From the human T2T-CHM13v2.0 reference genome, Homo sapiens, in assembly GCF_009914755.1 (NCBI RefSeq), contig NC_060925.1: 64,000 bases of DNA; one strand, 5' to 3'. Under the pieces are notes generated by a model. That model saw nothing but the letters and a program-made list of their open reading frames with translations, had not been told where the DNA came from and made no database searches. The stretch's first letter is position 1. The number at the start of each line of letters is the position of its first letter. Below, piece by piece: positions 31,058 to 47,206 of the stretch. The translations under genes were made by a program, and so were the position numbers.

Positions 31058-34000
31058 TTCAGAGACTATTTTTATATAATACTAAAACCAGTTTTTATTG
31101 AAATTAACCCATGTTACATTAAAATGGGAACAAAAATGCATTTATAATTACCTTTCTGCATATGGTTTGTACCCAAGTTAATCCCAAAACACATCTGAAC
31201 TCCATATTCTAACTTGAAGAGGGTTCCAAGCATGTAATAAAATCCATAAGTGACCTTTATGACAATCCAAGGCTATATTTTCCAGTTTCCTTTCAAGATA
31301 GTAAGAAGAGTCGTCCATGAGATATTTTCAGTATTTTGAAAGCACCAGTGGAAATTTTATATGTACCTAGCCCAATTTGGGCCAGCACAGGCCAACTAAG
31401 ACATCAAAGTTGTTTCTGGCTGAAATTATATCAAATCAGAAGAGAAAAACTGGTATCCCAGCTAATCCAAAATTCTGGTGGTAGCAAAAAGCTCCAAGAC
31501 TGCATTCAGTTTGTGTTTAGTACATACATACTGCTAGCGAAGAAAAGAGTACCTTTTTCTTGCATACGCTAGCAAATGATTTAGGAGAGCTTGCACAGGA
31601 CAGGCCTGGGTCATAAACTCCCTCTGAGAGCCTAGGATCAGAGTCAGCCCCACCTGATTCCAGGAGAGGCTTTTTCCCAAGAAGGCGCTGCGCTGACCAA
31701 AAGGGATACATCTACTAGAGAAAGAAACTGTAGCTTAACCAGATGATCTTAAACAGATGTAAATATCAAAGTTATTCTAACTCTATTTGACATTACATTC
31801 TGTGAAAGTTTTTCTGTTGACCAAAATCATGTGGAAACTCAAGTAGAAGGAAATTACATAGTTAAACCATAAAGTTTTATATTTCTTAAGACATACTAAC
31901 TCAGTTAATTCCAATAATATTTTTTCAGGCCTTTAATTATATGAGATATATTACATTAAAAAAATTTTAAAGTTTAACATACTGCTTTCACATTTCATAT
32001 GATGATCTTGGCCTTTATTCTTCTTTGCAAAATAAAGAATAAACTTTGAGATTCAAATTGGACCTGGACTGAATTGCTCTAAACGCATTATCATAGGGAG
32101 ATCCAAACTTTCCTGCTTAGAGCCCAGGATATTCAGACACCATTTTTATCCCTTTCAGACATTCAAAATGAGTTGAATCTCACTTAATGTCAGAGTAAGC
32201 TTTTAAAAGCAAAGAGCAGGAACTGTGCCATATTTTGCATTTCGGTAAGCCAAATGGAAAAATAGAGACTAAAACCCAAAAATGAGAATTTGTCATGCTT
32301 CTGCTTTTCTTGAAAATGAGCCTCCCCTGTTTGCTGGATGCCTTTAACCTTCAAACTGTCCTTTCCCCAACAGCCCCACTCCTTTAGAAGATACATGTTT
32401 ACTTAGAGAAATCTAATTTGTGTTTTGTTAATGTGTGCTGTCTTTACTTGCTATATTACATTAAACAAGAAATAGAGTTACCAAAAAATCATCTTACTTG
32501 AAATCATTCATAAGCTATCAACAAGGGAATCCATATACCAATTTCCTCTTTGCTTTATAACTATCCACAGCACTAACTTGACCTTTACCTAAACAGGACT
32601 ATAATTGCAGTTAAGATTATATAATTTACAATAACAACAAAAAAATTACTTTGGAGGAACTGCTACTGGGCACAAATGTCTCACAACCGTTAAGTGTATC
32701 ATTCATCTTGAGAAGAAAATTATTCTTATCCACATCGACATTTTTAACATAAACTGTAGTACTCTCTGTTGGCACCATTTTACGTACCCATTAATCTCAA
32801 TAGTAAAGTCTCAGTCTCACCTACCTACTCTCCGAAGTTTGGATGTCACTACTGTGTACAATAAAAATTGTATATTCATGAACTCCATTTGTTTTATGTC
32901 CTTCTCTCTGTCAAAGCCTCCCAAGCAGCATATGCTTTGCTCTGTGGAGAATAAAATCAAATTTGTCTGTCTTGTCATATTGTCATCAAAGTGATAGTAT
33001 CACAATTAGATTAACATTTTGTGAAGGAGCTGAAGGGAGGGAAATGAAATAGGAGCACATTATAATAAAATCCACTTAACCCTTTCAGTCACAAATCCCT
33101 TTTTCTCTTGCACCCGGAGGCAAAGAAGGCAATCAGAGTCTAAAATAAGTGACACTGTCAAATTATTATGATCTATGTTGGAATCAAATAGGTCAGTTAC
33201 TAGGCCTGCGAGGTACATTTTCATTTGAAGGGACCATTAAGATTTTGTGACAACAACAATCTTAAGAAGTAGGACGCTTTCTGGGCTTCTTTAAACTAAT
33301 CAGTTTGGTATTAAGTTAGCAAGAATTGGTCAGAGTGGTTGGTGGCACTATTTGACCCTTAATATATTACTACTTATTGAAGTCTTAGGCTCCAAACTCA
33401 AGGAAAATTTCATGTTCTAAAATGGCTAGGTTGTTGGAAATTTCTTACATTAAACTTTCTGTGTACAGCATAGAAATGTTATTTTCATTTTTAAAAAGTA
33501 CTATGAGGCTCAAACAGAAAATTTTGTGAGACAGAAGTGAGGCCTGAACTAAGAATGGACTACAATTGAATAGCAATTCTAGCATCAGTTATTCTGACAA
33601 GTTTTTCCTTTTTCCCATTGTGTGGAGAACAAAAGAACTCACACATGCAAAGAAAGGCACCAGTTAAAATGGAACTTATATCCACTGTCTGCTCTTGCAT
33701 AGAAAGGAGAGAACTATCTTCCTCCAGCCTGCCTCCACTAAGGAACCTCAGGAAGGACAGTAGGAGTCACTGCCCCACTCACTGCCCACGAGGGTGTTGG
33801 ATGAGAGGCACCCCAGTCCCTGAGGCTGCCATGGGACTGATGTTGGGAGCAAGGTGATCTCCTCATTACCCTTTTCCCAGAAAGGATGCAACATTTAGAG
33901 GATTAAGACTCACAAGACTTGGAGTATGTCATATCTCAGTCAGCCTCTGTTGTCCGTAGAATTACACAACCTTTCCCCATCCCAGAGCCATCCCCTGCCT

Positions 34001-34139
34001 TCAACTCTTTTAACATCACAGTACTGAACAAGCAATTTAGCACTAAGTCATGTACCACACAGTGCTGTTCTCTAATTAATTTATACTAATCAGTCTTACC
34101 TACATCTCCAGCATCATTGCCTATCAATTCCCTACAACT

Positions 34140-34470
34140 CTATAGGTCACATTATTTTCCTTGTCTCAACAGTTGCCTCTCACACACATGTCCACCCCTT
34201 CACACATGCTCTTACTTCTTAGAATGCTCTACCTGTTCCCTTCACCAGGGTTCACTTGTCTTCAGACTTGGCTCAAGAGTCACGTCTTTAAAGAAACCCC
34301 TCCTTTGGGCCTTCATGGCACCCTGCCATAATTTCCCCATAAAATTGTAATGACTTCCTGTGTTTCCTTAGACTATCAGACATCCAGGCAGTAGCTATTC
34401 TTTATCTCTAATGTAGAGACTATTACCTAGAACATGGAAAGTACTCATCAACTCAAAATAAGGAATAAAT
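34140..34470 (+). mobile_element. L2 3' fragment
   Basis: tcacacatgctcttacttcttagaatgctct...acctagaacatggaaagtactca. Confidence 0.6.
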
Positions 34471-34899
34471 GTGAGAAGAATCTCTAAACATTTACGAAAG
34501 ACAATGATGATCTCTAGAATGCCAGAGATTTACAGAGGAAATATCTGTAAATATAATACAGATAATTGGTATTGTCTGTACATAACAAAAATTTGTTTCA
34601 TATTTGGATTGGGTTATTTACCTATATCAGAAAAATACATGGTACTTCTTGATTGGAGCAACCCATGTGACAAAAATTCTCATTTTATTTTTGTGAGAAG
34701 GAGAAGCATGAACTGAGTGCTGGTCCAACTAATAGGATATATCACTCGATAAACAAACAAACAAACAAAAACCCTCAAATCATTTTGGTTATTTGACCAC
34801 CATTTTTTGGAAGAGATTTGTAGTAGTATGAGTAGTGACATATGGGATTTGGTCTTGCCTTTGAATTCTTTATTATTTTAAATCAGTTTTTTAAATAGT

Positions 34900-35035
34900 A
34901 ATAACAGTAATAATATTTAAAATACTAAAGTTACTACAAACTTTGTATACATTAACTCATTTAATACTTGCTAGAACCCTTTGGGTTAGGCATTACTATT
35001 ACTCTCACTTTATAGATGAGGAAACTAGGGCACAG
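34900..35035 (-). mobile_element. MIR fragment
   Basis: attaactcatttaat...ctttatagatgaggaaactagggcacag. Confidence 0.8.
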
Positions 35036-35059
35036 TGTATCTGATAATATGTTGATCAT

Positions 35060-35165
35060 ATCTTGAGATGACATAAAGCTGAAATAAGGAGTTATCTATT
35101 GGATCATAAAAGCAGGTTTCAACAGAGCTCAGTAGACTGGAATAATGGATGAAAAATTTAATTAC
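35060..35165 (+). mobile_element. L3/CR1 RT fragment
   Basis: gagatgacataaagctg...caggtttcaa...agactggaataatgg resembles the CR1 FADDTKL...IQ.DL.RLE.W region. Confidence 0.5.
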
Positions 35166-36519
35166 TATAGTATGGAGTCTGGCAGAAGTTTGTAAAAAAA
35201 TGAAATTTTATTAAAGGCTTGCAAAAGATCTGAAATAATAACGCTTTTCAACTATTGAAAAATTTCGTTAATTTATTTACTGACTCTTATTAAATCCCCA
35301 CTACTGCCAATACAAGCCAAGGAGATTTTTAATAGCACGACTTCTTGGAGATGAAACTCAATAATTTGACACCAGATGCATCAGAAATTTCTGGACATGG
35401 AATTACTGAAGCCGATCCAAGTGCTATTACAACATTCCATTACCATACTCCAGGATAACCTGCCAAATTCACCTCTTGTCCTTCAACTTTGTCATTCATC
35501 ATCCTTAATGATGCAGTTTCCTAGCCTCAGAACGAGCAGCTGTTAGGTGCCTACAGGATACCCTCCTCGGTTATTTCCTCTCAGGTGATGTCTTCTCACT
35601 CAAAGCATAGGAGGGAACTGAGGCAATTTACCTACATTCAATACTACTTTAACTATCAACATTTAGATCATTTAGACAGGAGTATTTTGAACTTTTAGGG
35701 CACACTTTACATGGAAATTTGTAGCAACTCTCTACTTGATTTTTTATGAATGATCTACAAAACAAGCAATTTAGAATAAACTGTGTATGTGTTATCAGAC
35801 TTGTTTAGAATATGATCCTTTTCACATTATACTCTTCACTCCATCATTTCTAGTGAGGCTTCCAGAAACTTTGTAACAACAAAGAAGAAAACTTATATCC
35901 CACAACTAATTGTATAGATTAGACAGGTCAGAAAGTGGTGGTTACAAGGAACTCTCAAGAGTAGCAGTGAAACCACAACAATATGAAGCAGCTTTTTTAG
36001 AACTACTCTTCAAACTCATTTGAAGAAATAGATAAAATGACAAATTGTTTCTTTGATTTTCAAATGATTTCATATTTATGTCTATGGTTTCCTTTTAATG
36101 CAATTTGTTGTTATATTTCTAAGCCAAAAGTGTAGCCAAGTCTTTAAATAATTTTAGAAATTATACTCTTTATTTTTCAAATATTTCCAACTGGGTAGTG
36201 TATAGCAAAATTATTCCACTAAGAACTAAATGAGCCATTAAACTAAATTAATGCTACCATTTCTTTCCACCCATCCTCCCCAATAGGAATTCTAATATCT
36301 ATTGTAGGGTGTAGCATCTTATATCAATTACAATATCAAAAGAAAATAGATACAGCCTTGTAAAAACCATTTCTTGTCATTGGTAAGTTGTAGTTTTCAA
36401 GGAATTTATTCATTTAATTCAAGTTGATTAATATATTGGCATTTAGTTATTTTTATTACTCCAATACTGAATTTTCACATCTGTAGAGGCAGCACTTCTG
36501 TAATGATTTTTTAAGGAGC

Positions 36520-39180
36520 TTGGCCAACCCTTTTCCCACTTTAGCAACCATTTAACTGATAAAAATTATAAAAAGAAAAAAAATTAAAGTGTCTAGAAAT
36601 CGACCATGAAAATATAGCAAATAGAGAAACATTAATTGAAGAAAATCTGTTATCTCAGTAGGAATAACAAGACTCTAGTCCCCATCATCCTCCCTTCAGC
36701 CAGCAACATTTTATGAAAGCTTATCTCAGCTCTAAGGGGCTATGGTTTTACCCTGAAAGGGGCAGGCCATCATTATTTTTCACCCCAGCTCAGTGTTGTA
36801 GAAGTTCTGTTTTAAGTGGTCATGACCCAAAACATTGGACTCCCTTTCCCCATTCAGCTCTTAGTTTCAAATTTTTATGTTAATTTCAACAGGCAATCAG
36901 TTACTGGGGCTTAATGTCAACACTTCCCCCTCTGCCATATTCCATACCCCTGTCCCAGCTAACTTGTAGAGCAGAGGTTCAATGTTGGGAAGGGCAAATC
37001 TAGAAGACCAGGAGTTACCATTTCCTCTGTGTCTGCAGAGGTGTCATTCTGGAAAAGTGGGCCACTGTCCACACCCCAACTAAAGTGCAATAACTCTCAG
37101 GTTATGCATAGGGGAGGAAAGGCAGACTGTGAAGAGCTCCAGAACTCGGCCTAAGGGGACTGATTTTATTTGGAACAGAATGTAGAGAACTCCTTGCCTA
37201 ACATCCTTGTCAAAAACAGTGAAAATCTTGGTGGGCAGAAAGTAAGAGGAGGCTGTTAGCTGCATGAAATAAGCAATATCTCAGTGTAGTTAGACATTTA
37301 GAAGATAAATCCAGGGAAAGGAATAGCCAAGAAGAGCTTTGCTGGGATCACAGTCAACTCTGCAATCTACAAGGCTGAATGCATGCACTAGGATGCACCC
37401 ACACCATTGGCCAATCAGAGAAGGACATGGGGCAGATTTGAAAGTATTCCCCAAACCACCCACAGATCTATTAGCAAATGACAGCAGACTTACTGGTTCA
37501 AGGAGCTTCAGCAAAACCTTTGACCAACCACTGACTAAACAATAAGCTACTCTGGCCCAGAGGTGGCTCCAGGAAATTTAGAATTAAAAATAACCCACAC
37601 TAATTCCTGACAGTCTAGAAGACTATTGCATACCCAAGATTGCATTCTCTCAAGAGTAGCCAGTGAGAGCACTTTTGAGCTACTAGTTCCTGGCTAAATG
37701 CAAGGCCAGAAATGTAAAGCAGTCTCCAAGATACACCCACATCTAATATCAAAGGGTGAAAATTGAACTGGCTAAGGGGGTTTACACACGAACCTTGACC
37801 AATAAGTGACTTATAATCACCAAAGGTGACTCATAGGAAGCTAAGAGATAAAACAAGGAGAAAAACCTGAGCAGGGATATCACAGACTGAAAAATGCAGG
37901 AAAAAAAAAAAACAAAAAAACTTCACTGAGTAGTTCAAACAAGGCAGCAAAAAAATAAATGAACAGTTGAGCAAACAACAACCAGCCCCACAGGTATGGA
38001 ATCAGTATCCAGAGTTGCTTCAATAAATTATATATAATGTTCAGGTTTTAACAAAAAGACATGCAAAGAAACAGGAAAGTGTGACCCATATCGACATTAG
38101 TTTCTTAATTGTAACAAATGTACCTTACTAATGTTAGATGTTAATAATAGAGGAAACAGCTTGGGAACTCACTGTGATATCTTTGCAATGTTTCTATACA
38201 TTTTAAACTGTTCTACAATACAAAGTTTCCTAAGAAAAAAGAAAACCAAATGGAATTACAGAGTTGAAAATTACAATAACCTAAATGAGAAATTTACTAG
38301 TAGAAAGATGAAAAGAAACATAAAATTATTTGAAAAAATAATGGTTAAAAACTTCCCAAACTTCAGGAAAAACACTAATCTACACATTTAAGAGGGTCGA
38401 CAAGCACATCCTCCAAGTAGAATAAACTCAAGGAAATTCATACCTAGACACTTTATGGTCAAATTGTCTAAAGACAGAGACAAATAAAAATCTTAAAAAC
38501 AGCCAGAGAAAAATGATTCATAATGTGCAAGGAAATTGCTGACTTCTCATGAGAAATAATGGCAGCCAGAAGTCAGTGAGACAACATATTTAAAGGACTA
38601 AATGAAAACTCTGTCAACCAACTATTCAGCAAAACTATCTTCCTAAAGGTGAAATAAAGACATTCCCAGATAAGCAAAATCTGTGATAATTTATTTCTAG
38701 CAGAACTGCCTTAACAGGAACATTAAAGGAGTTCTTAAGGCTAAAAGTAGCACCAGAGAGTAATTTGAATTCACACACACACAAGCCCCATGTCCACCCC
38801 AACACACAAGCACTCTGATAAAGGTAATTATGTAGGTAATAAGGAAAGACAGCATAATTGCATATTTATTTCTCTTTCTTCACTTATGACACATGTATTT
38901 GTGATCTTCTGTCTTTTCCTAGCATATTTAGAAGATAGAAAATTATATAATGCAATAATTACAACAATGTATTATTGGGTTTATAATATATATGCATACA
39001 ATATGTGTAACAATAATATATCAAAAAAGGAGAAAAAATAGGGAGACATATGAGGTAATTTTTCTATATCTTACTGAAATTAAGTTGGTATAAATCTGAA
39101 GTAGATTTTGATGCAATAAGATATGTACTGTAAGCCCTAGAGAAACCACTAAGAAAATAACAAACAAACAAACAAACAAA
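36520..39180 (+). mobile_element. Old L1M 5' UTR and ORF1 region
   Basis: ORF1-like aaaacttcccaaa...aatctacacatt, gctgacttctcatgagaaataatggcagccagaag; L1 3' UTR piece embedded at about 38095-38233. Confidence 0.75.
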
Positions 39181-39827
39181 ATGTAATGTCTGTAGGATCT
39201 GTAGTGATATCTCCTCTTTCATTCCCGATAGTGATAAAGGATGTTTTCTCTCTTTTCTTTTTCCTTGATCAGTCTGGCTAGAGGTTTGTTAATTGTATTA
39301 ATCTTTTTAAAGAACCAATTTCTACTTTGATGATTTTTTCTTTGACTTGTATTTCATTGTTTTTCATTCTTATCTTCATTATTTCCTTTACTGTAGTTAC
39401 TTTGGGCTTAATTAGCATTTTTTTCTAGCTTCTTTATGGTAGTAGCTTAGATAATTGATTTTAGAACTTTTATCTTATCCAATATAGGCATTTTAAAGCA
39501 ATGAATTTCCTCTAAGCACTTCTCAGGGTGTTCCCTCAAATTTTGATATGTTGTGTTTATATTATCATTCATACATTCATCAATATCATTCACACATTCC
39601 TGTTCCTTTTTATTTCTCTTCACTTTCTGGTCCTCTTATTATATGTATATTGGTTTACTTAACGGTGTCCCACAATTCTCTGAAGCTTCTTAATTTCTCT
39701 TTATTCTTTTTTTTTTATGTGCTCTTCAGATTACATAATCTCTATTTATCTATAAGCTCTGATTCTTCTGCAAATTCAAGTCTACTGTTGAGCTTCTCTA
39801 GTAAATTTTTCATTTAGGTTATTGTAA

Positions 39828-40153
<326 letters not shown>

Positions 40154-41350
40154 TTAGCAAACTTTTTATCGCAGAACAGTTTAAAACATACAGAAAAATT
40201 GTAAAGACAGCCCAGTGAGTTCCCATTCCCAGTTTTCCCTATTATTGTCTAGAAAGATGTTATAATCTTCAACTATGATTTGGTTTCTTCCTTTAGTTTT
40301 CTCAGTTTTGCTTGTCCGTAAGTAAAAAAAGTTATGATATTAGATTCAAACACATTTAAGAGTTATGCCTTCTTTGCGAATTGACTATTTTATCATTATA
40401 AAATGACCCTTTTTCTCTTTCAATAGTCCTCTTGAAATATACTTTTATAATAGTATGAGCTCAACATTCTTGTGTTTAGTTTTGGTTCGTGTAGCTTTTT
40501 CTGTCCTTCGGCTTTCAATTTGTTTGTGTCTTAATATTTTAAGTACATATCTTGTAGGTAGTAAAAAGTTGTCTTATTTTTATTATCTGATAATATTTGT
40601 GTTTGAACTGAAGTGCTTATTCCATTCATATTTAATGGATTATTGTTAAGATTTGGTTAAATTTGCCATCTTTCTATCTGCTTTATATTCATCCACTCTG
40701 TTCTTTCTTCTTTCATTATCCCTTTTGGAAATATTTCAGATTAAACAAATACTTTAGTATCCCATTCTATCTACTCCATTGGCTTTTACTCATATCTCTT
40801 TGTATTTTTTAGTGGTTTCTCTAGAGATTCCAATTTGTGTTTTTAACTGATCATAGTCTACCTGGAATTAGCATTACCCACTTCACACATAATGTAAGAA
40901 TCTTATAACACTATATTTTCATTCAGACTTCTTCCCATCCATTGAGCAATGTTATTATGTATTTTACCTACACAAGTCCTGGACCTTACACTACAATTTT
41001 GTTATTTTGTTTTAACAAGTCTACTCAATTTTTTAAAATTTGAGATAAGGAAGAAAATACTATTTTATAGTTACCATTTTCATTGCTCTTCTCGTCCCAG
41101 ATCCAGATTTTTCTTTCAACTTGAAGAACTACCAGCAGTACAGTTTAGCCGATGACAATCTCTTAGCTTTGATACATGGAAATATCTGTAATTTACCTTC
41201 ATGTATGAAAGATATATTTATTCAACATACAATTTTAGATTGACAATTTCTTTAATACTCTAAGAATGTACTTTATTTTCTTCTGACCTCCATTGTTTCT
41301 GATGAGAAATCATCTATCATTCTTATTGCTGTTCTCCTGTACGTAATGTG

Positions 41351-41568
41351 CAGTGGTGAGCTGGTAGATGTTTAACAATTGGCTCTCTGTGGGGGGAAAC
41401 AGCCTGATTTGCAGTGTTTGCTGATTTCCATGGTGTAAATGCCCTGACTATGGCCAATTTCAAGGTACCAACATCACATCATAGAGCACAGAGTTTAGAT
41501 TGTGAGCACAGATTGTGGCATACACAATCAGCTCTCATGAGTCAGTACAAACCAGCTGCAGCATACTA
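41351..41568. mobile_element. MER63-like hAT MITE
   Basis: Terminal inverted ends cagtggtgagctgg / cagcatacta; internal acaatcagctctcatgag. Confidence 0.75.
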
Positions 41569-42834
41569 CGGATAATGCATCTTTTTTTTTTTGACTTATT
41601 TTAGAATTTTTATTTTATCCTTGGTTTTCTGCAATTTGACTATAATGTGTTATTCTCTTAGTATTTATTCTGCTTGGGGTTTATTCAGTTTCTGGATCTG
41701 TAGATTGCTGTTTTCGAATACACTAGGAAATTTTTAGCCAATTTTTTTTATATCTTTATGTCCCATTCTCTTTCTCTTTCCTTTCTGGAATTCTTTGATA
41801 TGTTTTAGTCCACTTGATACTCTCCTACAGGTCACTGGGGGGCTCTGTTCATTTTTTAAAACTTAAAAAAATTTCCAATTTGGATAATTTCTACTGGGCC
41901 ATTTCTTCTGCTATGTCTAATCATTGGTTAGTTGCATTAAACCAGTTTTTAATATCAAATATTATAATTTTTAGTCCCAAGATTTTCAGTTTATTCTGAT
42001 TTTACAGTGTTCATATCTCATTTAGGATTTCCCACTCTTTTATCCATTAAATTCATCTTTTTTGTAGATTCTTTAAAATATTTACTATAGCTTTTTGTTG
42101 TAGTTTTGCAAAATGGGGATAATACTCATCTGACAAAAGCATAAGAATTAAAAAAAATTAATGCATGTGAATCAGCTATTACAGTATTTGGTACAAGATA
42201 AATATTAGTGTCCTTCCCAACCATAAAATAATGCAAAATGTAACAAAAGATTGTTCTTATAGGGAAAAAAAAGTGTTCAAAAGGCTTTTCATATAATTTA
42301 ATTTTTAAAGACTATAAAATGTTAAAGTCAATGTTAGAAGCCATCTATTTCAACTCCTTCATTTTACTGGTGAGAAAACAGATACACAGAATCACCACCC
42401 CCTATACTTTTAATAGATTTTAAACTTTAGGATAAAAACTGTTCCTGAGTTTCCAAGGCCAAGTACAGTGGATCATAGTAGGTGCTGGATAAACATTTAT
42501 TAAATACCAGAATGAATAAATGTGATTATGAATTGCCAAACATAATATTTACTATGTTTTAATGAATAAAATGCCATGCATTGTGCCATTATTTTATGCA
42601 CCATTAATAAAGAAAAAACACTGTCAGTTAAATTATGGTATGTCATTGATCATAACCGTTCTGATTTCAGGGATATTAAAAAATAACCAAATATCTTATT
42701 CAGCCCAGATTGCTATAGCAAAGTACCATAGACTGAGTGGCTTACAAACAATAGAAATTTATGTTTTACAGTTCTAGAGGCTGGAAGTTAGAGATCAGGG
42801 TGCCAGCGTGGTTGAGTTCTACTGAGGACCCTGC

Positions 42835-43225
<391 letters not shown>

Positions 43226-43305
43226 CGGGGCCATTTTCTAAGTAGACGATGGCCAACTTCTCACTATGTCCTCATATGGCAGGAAATGAACTAGATAGCT
43301 CTTAG

Positions 43306-43627
<322 letters not shown>

Positions 43628-45857
43628 TGTGGCCTTTTCTTATAAGGGCACCAATTCCATTTATGAGGACTCCACCCTTGTGATCTAATTACCTCCCAAA
43701 GACCTCAACTCCATACACCATCACTTTTGGATTAGGGTTTCAACATATTAATTTGGGAGGGGTGAGGGCACAAACTTTCAGTTCATTTGCATCAAACATA
43801 TGTCTTAGAATCTATGATATAAAGGCTAAATTAGTGATGGATAGAGCTCTATCTCTTCATTCCTAGTTCTAAGCTCTCTTTATAATATCACATCTTAACC
43901 ATTCAATACACTTTTTATTCTCAAAGATAACTTCATATTAAAAAATTGTTCTTTTAAGATTTTTCTATTGAAATGAAAATGCTCATTAACTTCAAATCCT
44001 GATGAGTTTATATCTAAAGATTTGTTTTTTCTTCAAATGATTTCTGGACAAAAAACGATTTTGAATATGAAACACGATAGGCACTTAGTTACAAAAATGC
44101 CATGAAAGGTGTATTGAATCTGCAGGGCAGGTGGTAAGAAACAGGGAAATGGTAATTGGGAAACTGCAAGGAAAATAGTCTGCCAACTTAATTTTTGACC
44201 CAGTTGCTCTTGGTTACTCTAACTTGTTTACTGTAGGTCCTGGAGGTGGGGAGAAAATTTTCTTACTAAAAATTATTCGATCGCCTAGAGAAAGTAAGTG
44301 GTCCTGACATCAGACTCCGTTCTTTTCTAGTCATTATTATGTGCCAGCTATTTTCTTAACTACAGTCCAAAAAATGTATCTACAACTTTATGGATGCACA
44401 AAGAAGCATGTACAGCTGCAATAATTATAGTAGATCACAGACGACACAAAAATGTTGTTGAAAATATAACTAGAAAAACCAAAGGAATGTAACAATTATT
44501 TGAGAGGAAAGAATTCTGTGTATATACCAAAATCAAATTGTAATTATTGACTCTAAAATCTACTTTTATGAAAAATCTAAAAGTGTCAGGCATAGCACTA
44601 GACACTAGAAAATATAATCAAATGTGAGTAAGGCACAGTCATTGCCTGAGAAGCTCACTTTATTTAGTAGGAAGGCAGACATGTGGACAAAGCCAGAAGG
44701 TAACACGCAATTGCAAGAATAGACATTGCTTAAAAGTGCCTTTAGGACGGGAGAGGGAGCAAATAATTCTACATGCCTAGGGACTGGGGCGGAAATTCAT
44801 AAATTTGAGGAAGACTACAGTCAGGAGGCTACAATCCAGATGAATCTTGGGTGTCTAAGCATTGGTCAAATGGGCAAGATAGAACGTGCCAGTCTGATTT
44901 TGAGTTTAAGGCTTGCAAATGAAAATGTGGAAAAGGCACAGCATCTGTCTTGTGATGCATACTGGACAATGTTTCTGCAGTTTATACTCTCACTATTTGT
45001 GGTACACCTTCCTCCTCCCAGAAAATATTAACATGCTTTGGAAAAACTCTCTGCAATATATTTACTAAGTGTCCATAGGATAAATATTTTTCTGTATTTC
45101 ATCTGGAGTCATTGGACATCTTGTAACACAAGACTACGAGGACTTTCAAATATCTACTGCTATCACATGGCTCCACTTGCTTGGCGTCTTAGTTTCTTAG
45201 TTTCTGATATAAACCACTAACTCTATCTGCACCTGAAATGGTCAAGGACACACTGTTGACACAATGGTGTCTAGAAGCCAAATAGACAGCTTCAGGCCAG
45301 AGAGCTGCTGTGGAAAACTGTCTACATTCACCTAAATTAGAACTGACAACTCAGCCCCAGATTTATAAGGCAAAATTCTTCAGCATGGAACACTGGAACC
45401 TAGCTAGAGAAGGAAACAGAGCAAACTGAGTTTTTCTGTTTGTTTTGCTTTGGGGCACCTCCTTTGTTGTCCTTTGTATAAATGTCTCTTTATTTTAAAG
45501 GAAAATATTTCTGATGTTAAATGATTAATCAAAAGTAGTTACTCCATTTTAATGTCCAAAGGGACTTGACTGTAGCACATGGTTAGTGTATGTGCCACAG
45601 AAATAGGACGGCACAAAGACTTCTGAAGTATGTTACCCTCTCACTGACTTGGTGTACAGCTTTTACTACATAGAATTTGTGTTGTGGAAAAAGTTGAGTA
45701 TTATCAATATGTAGGATGCATTAATAAATTCTTATCTCTTAGTTTATGCTAATATTTGGCTATTTTACCAATGGTACTATGACTTTTGACAGATCTGGAA
45801 CCAGTTCCCCCAAAGCAGGGTGCCTGCATCCACAGGATTTGTGGGAATCCTTTAACT

Positions 45858-46083
45858 CAAGCTTGTCGAACCCATGGCCTGCAGGCTGCGTGCAGCCCAG
45901 GACGGCTTTGAATGCAACCCAACACAAATTCGCAAACTTCCTTAAAACATTATGAGATATTTTTACCATTTTTATTTTTTTAGCTCATCAGCTATCGTTA
46001 GTGTTAGTGTAGTTGATGTGTGGCCCAAGACAATTCTCCTTCTTCCAATGTGGCCCAGAGAAACCAAAAATTGGACACCCCTG
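45858..46083. mobile_element. MER30 hAT MITE
   Basis: caagcttgtc...cagcccaggacggctttgaatgc...tggcccaagacaattct...ttggacacccctg; imperfect 8-bp TSD. Confidence 0.92.
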
Positions 46084-46164
46084 CCTTAGCTACAGATAAT
46101 AAAATAATCATAACAATACAACTTTTATTTTTATTCATTTTATGTATAAATTGTGAGGGGAAAA

Positions 46165-46303
46165 AGCCAGGTGTGGTAGCCTGCCTGTAGTCCCAGTTAT
46201 TTGTGATGCTGAAGTGGGAGGATCACTACTTGAGCCTAGGATTTCAAGAACTGCCTGGACAACATAGAGAGACCCTATCTCCAAAAAAAAAAAAAAAAAA
46301 AAA
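46165..46303 (+). mobile_element. FLAM_A-like Alu monomer
   Basis: Single arm plus long A tail. Confidence 0.85.
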
Positions 46304-46749
46304 TTAAGCTTTGTTGACCTTTAATATAGGGATGGATACCACTTGCCCTTTTGGTTCCTACGTGACATGTAGAATCTGCCACATCCTGAGGGAAGAGGTG
46401 AAGAGTTCTACGATGCGACTGTAGACAGCACATTTCTCAGGCCTTCATTTGTCAGCTGCAATATATTTCAGTTTACATGCTACGGGATGTTATCAATGTG
46501 ATTAATTTTATAAAAACAAATATTTTTAGTAACCTAACATTTTTTTTTAAAGATGATACCTTCATAGTGTATAAAATCCAAACCACTTCAGAGCATAAAG
46601 TATGAAGTCATCCTCCCATTCTGGTTGCCCATCTCAATCCACCTCCTGGAGATGATCAGCAGTACTAGTTTCTTATGGTTCTTCTAGAGATACACTATGC
46701 GTACACTACAAGCTGGCATTTCTCCATATTTGCCTTCCAACCCACTCTC

Positions 46750-47070
46750 TTTTTATTTTATTTTATTTTATTTTATTTGGAGGCGGGGTCTCACTCTGTC
46801 ATCCAGGCTGGAGTGCAGTGCGCAATTATAACTCACTGCCACCTTAAACTCCTGGGCTTAAGCAATCCTCCTACTTCAGCCTCCCAAGTAGCTGGGACTA
46901 AAAGCATGCACAACCACACCTGGCTAATTTCTTTCTTTTTTTTTTTTTTTTTGTAAGATGGGGTCTCACTGTGTTGCCCAGGCTGGTCTTGAACTCCTGG
47001 GCTCTAGTAATCTGCCTACCTTGGCCTCCCAAAATGCTAAGATTACAGGTATAAGCCACCTTGCCCGGCC
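46750..47070 (-). mobile_element. AluJ SINE
   Basis: Dimer; TSD accc(a/t)..ctctttta. Confidence 0.92.
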
Positions 47071-47206
47071 TACCCTTCTCTTTTATAATAAAAATAGTTG
47101 CATCCCAAAACATTTTACATCTTAATTTTTTTATTTGCTATGTTATGGAGATAGTTCCATATCAATTTGTAAAGACTTTTTGTGCTCTTCTTAATGGCTG
47201 TATAAT

